From: Minisyncoccota bacterium
Lineage (GTDB): Bacteria > Patescibacteriota > Minisyncoccia > Phycocordibacterales > Phycocordibacteraceae
Assembly (NCBI GenBank): GCA_036399335.1
Contig: DASWNF010000005.1
Span: 6,069 to 70,068, forward strand
Reading direction: 5' to 3'
Length of the DNA: 64,000 nt
How positions within the stretch are numbered: position 1 is the first letter of the stretch; each line of letters opens with the position of its first letter. The notes under the pieces are model-generated. The model was not told the origin of the DNA. It worked only from the letters and a program-made list of their open reading frames with translations, and made no database searches. Of the stretch, positions 63,136 to 64,000 are shown piece by piece. The position numbers and the translations under genes are program-made.

Positions 63136-63453
63136 ATGAAGACTCATCATATGTGGGTTAAGTCCATGCTCCTCGCAGACATTGAACGCGGGGACAAGGA
63201 TTTGGAAATCCGCCCGGCCAAGGGTGTGTTCTTGAAAATCAAATGCGGCGACAGGCTCGTCTTCAATCAGCGGCTTCACCGAACCGTGGTTGCCGTTCGG
63301 CGCTATGAGAGCATGGTCGCTGCGGTTATCGCTGAGCCTGCGGCGCACCTGTGGCCAGGCCATAGGCAGCAAGAAGTCCTCGCTGCATTAGCCGATCTAT
63401 ATAATCCCAACGACGACGCCTTTGTCGTTTTCGAACTCGTTAAAACCCCGTGA
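63136..63453 (+). CDS. ASCH domain protein
   Basis: 105 aa from MKTHHMW (AGGAGG SD just upstream; earlier ATG at 63121 lies inside the SD); pattern ...GDKDLEIRPAK...GDRLVF... typical of ASCH/PUA-like. Confidence 0.6.
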   Translation: MKTHHMWVKSMLLADIERGDKDLEIRPAKGVFLKIKCGDRLVFNQRLHRTVVAVRRYESMVAAVIAEPAAHLWPGHRQQEVLAALADLYNPNDDAFVVFELVKTP

Positions 63454-63475
63454 CCATGTATGGCTCACGGGGTTT
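63443..63475 (+). terminator. hairpin AAACCCCGTGA-11 nt loop-TCACGGGGTTT overlapping the ASCH stop codon
   Basis: perfect 11-bp stem; short T-tract only. Confidence 0.45.
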
Positions 63476-63479
63476 ACTC

Positions 63480-63602
63480 TTACGCTGGTGTTGGAACTCT
63501 TTATCAGCGAGCCGTGTAATAGCTACTGGAAAGATATGGAGGTGGTGATGACTTGATTCCCTCATCGTCCTCGCCCAACCTCCTTTTAGGGGGTTCTTTT
63601 TT
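63480..63602 (+). ncRNA. candidate small RNA / leader with start-stop micro-ORF and intrinsic terminator
   Basis: perfect SD GGAGGTG, 5-nt spacer, ATG-ACT-TGA (or MEVVMT), then AACCTCC-TTTTA-GGGGGTT hairpin plus T6 (63577..63602). Confidence 0.25.
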
Positions 63603-63953
63603 GCCGACTCTGAGGTTATCTAGGAACGTTCTTGACTGACGGCCTCTGCTTCGTATACTCCTCATGGGTTCAGGTAACAGTCCAGGTTCGGTTTGTGAGT
63701 CTGTAATGGGCTCACGAAACTCATTCCGTTTCGACGGGATGTTCTAAGAAAGGGTTCGAACCCCTTTCGCTGGTCCGGAGATTACCTGATTGATCGAAGA
63801 GTAGATGGGAGACTGTGAGGGTATGGTTTCGGCTATACCTTAGTCGTCAATGAGACACCATCGATATTGGGGACAAGAATAATGCCTCTCGTAGGCTGAC
63901 CTTCCGAGGATCCTGAACCCACCTGCCGCTCCACGTTGGAGCGGCTTTTTCTT
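63603..63953 (+). ncRNA. candidate structured RNA (riboswitch/leader or sRNA) ending in strong intrinsic terminator
   Basis: no ORF of 60 aa or more on either strand; contains CGTTTCGACGGGA (tmRNA D-loop-like), GAAAGGG-TTCGAAC-CCCTTTC T-arm-like hairpin, GGTATGG-TTTCGG-CTATACC hairpin, ATAATGCC...CGTAGG (TPP-box-like), terminator CCGCTCCA-CGT-TGGAGCGG plus T5 at 63926..63953. Confidence 0.25.
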
Positions 63954-64000
63954 ACTGTTGCCGGCTCTGGGACTGTCTCGGACACGAGTATAGAAAAAAG

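Noticed and set aside
63700-63790. Possible tmRNA or tRNA-like gene (UUCGACGGG plus T-arm-like hairpin)
   Set aside because: No 5' GGGG acceptor strand, no pairing 3' acceptor strand or CCA, and no tag-peptide reading frame or pseudoknot region. The T-arm-like hairpin is itself palindromic. Kept only as part of the unresolved ncRNA candidate.
1-64000. CRISPR arrays, insertion sequences, integrases, rRNA genes
   Set aside because: No regularly spaced direct repeats, no transposase/integrase/RT-like ORFs and no rRNA-like conserved blocks seen on either strand.

Overview
This 64-kb window comes from a high-GC (roughly 60-65 % by eye), tightly packed bacterial chromosome with short intergenic spacers, many overlapping stops and starts, and mostly GGAGG-type ribosome-binding sites. 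I identify about 80 protein genes, one tRNA-Tyr(GUA), and about 20 intrinsic-terminator hairpins. I found no rRNA, CRISPR array, transposase, integrase or reverse transcriptase.

Housekeeping content:
- An ABC-F ATPase gene (1928..3418).
- An NHEJ pair, Ku plus LigD (domain order phosphoesterase-ligase-polymerase), with a divergent DUF72 gene.
- A hybrid PAS-GAF histidine kinase with a C-terminal receiver domain.
- A lysA-like decarboxylase, two M23 peptidases, and a Zn-dependent alcohol dehydrogenase.
- The glycosylase gene alkA (20530..21186).
- A rearranged division/cell-wall (dcw) region: gltX, murG, a NUDIX gene, ftsW, an opposite-strand orphan ORF (ORFan), mraY and a PBP5-like carboxypeptidase.
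- scpB and scpA, pepA, a short-type aspS, trpS, greA, murB and murA.
- A glycosylation pair: a GT-C-like membrane protein plus a GT2-GtrA fusion.
- tyrS.
- A chaperone cluster: grpE, dnaK, two secreted ORFans, then dnaJ.
- The ribosomal-protein cluster tail infA-rpmJ-rpsM-rpsK-rpsD-rpoA-rplQ, followed directly by rplM-rpsI.

Most 'ORFs' in the six-frame track that are rich in R, E, D or A are antisense artefacts of the high GC content and I rejected them.

Observations most worth follow-up:
1. MurA carries an N-terminal Cro/C1-type HTH domain, and a 16-bp perfect palindrome fills the tiny divergent murB/murA spacer.
2. A roughly 1.7-kb low-GC island (4396..6104) holds three divergently arranged ORFans and a near-consensus sigma70 promoter.
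3. A 57-aa Cys/His-rich ORF missed by the track lies upstream of the hybrid kinase.
4. A Fic protein with a non-canonical motif (HPLADGCGR) sits divergently from a stand-alone SpoT/Mesh1-type HD hydrolase, with GACAAG inverted repeats in the shared promoter.
5. A roughly 47-bp hairpin terminator is duplicated on both sides of one gene.
6. The window ends in more than 550 bp of non-coding sequence with three terminators, a start-stop micro-ORF behind a perfect SD, and tmRNA-like and TPP-riboswitch-like motifs that I cannot resolve without covariance-model searches.

Coordinates for self-derived features (terminators, small ORFs, repeats) were hand-counted and may be off by 1-3 nt.
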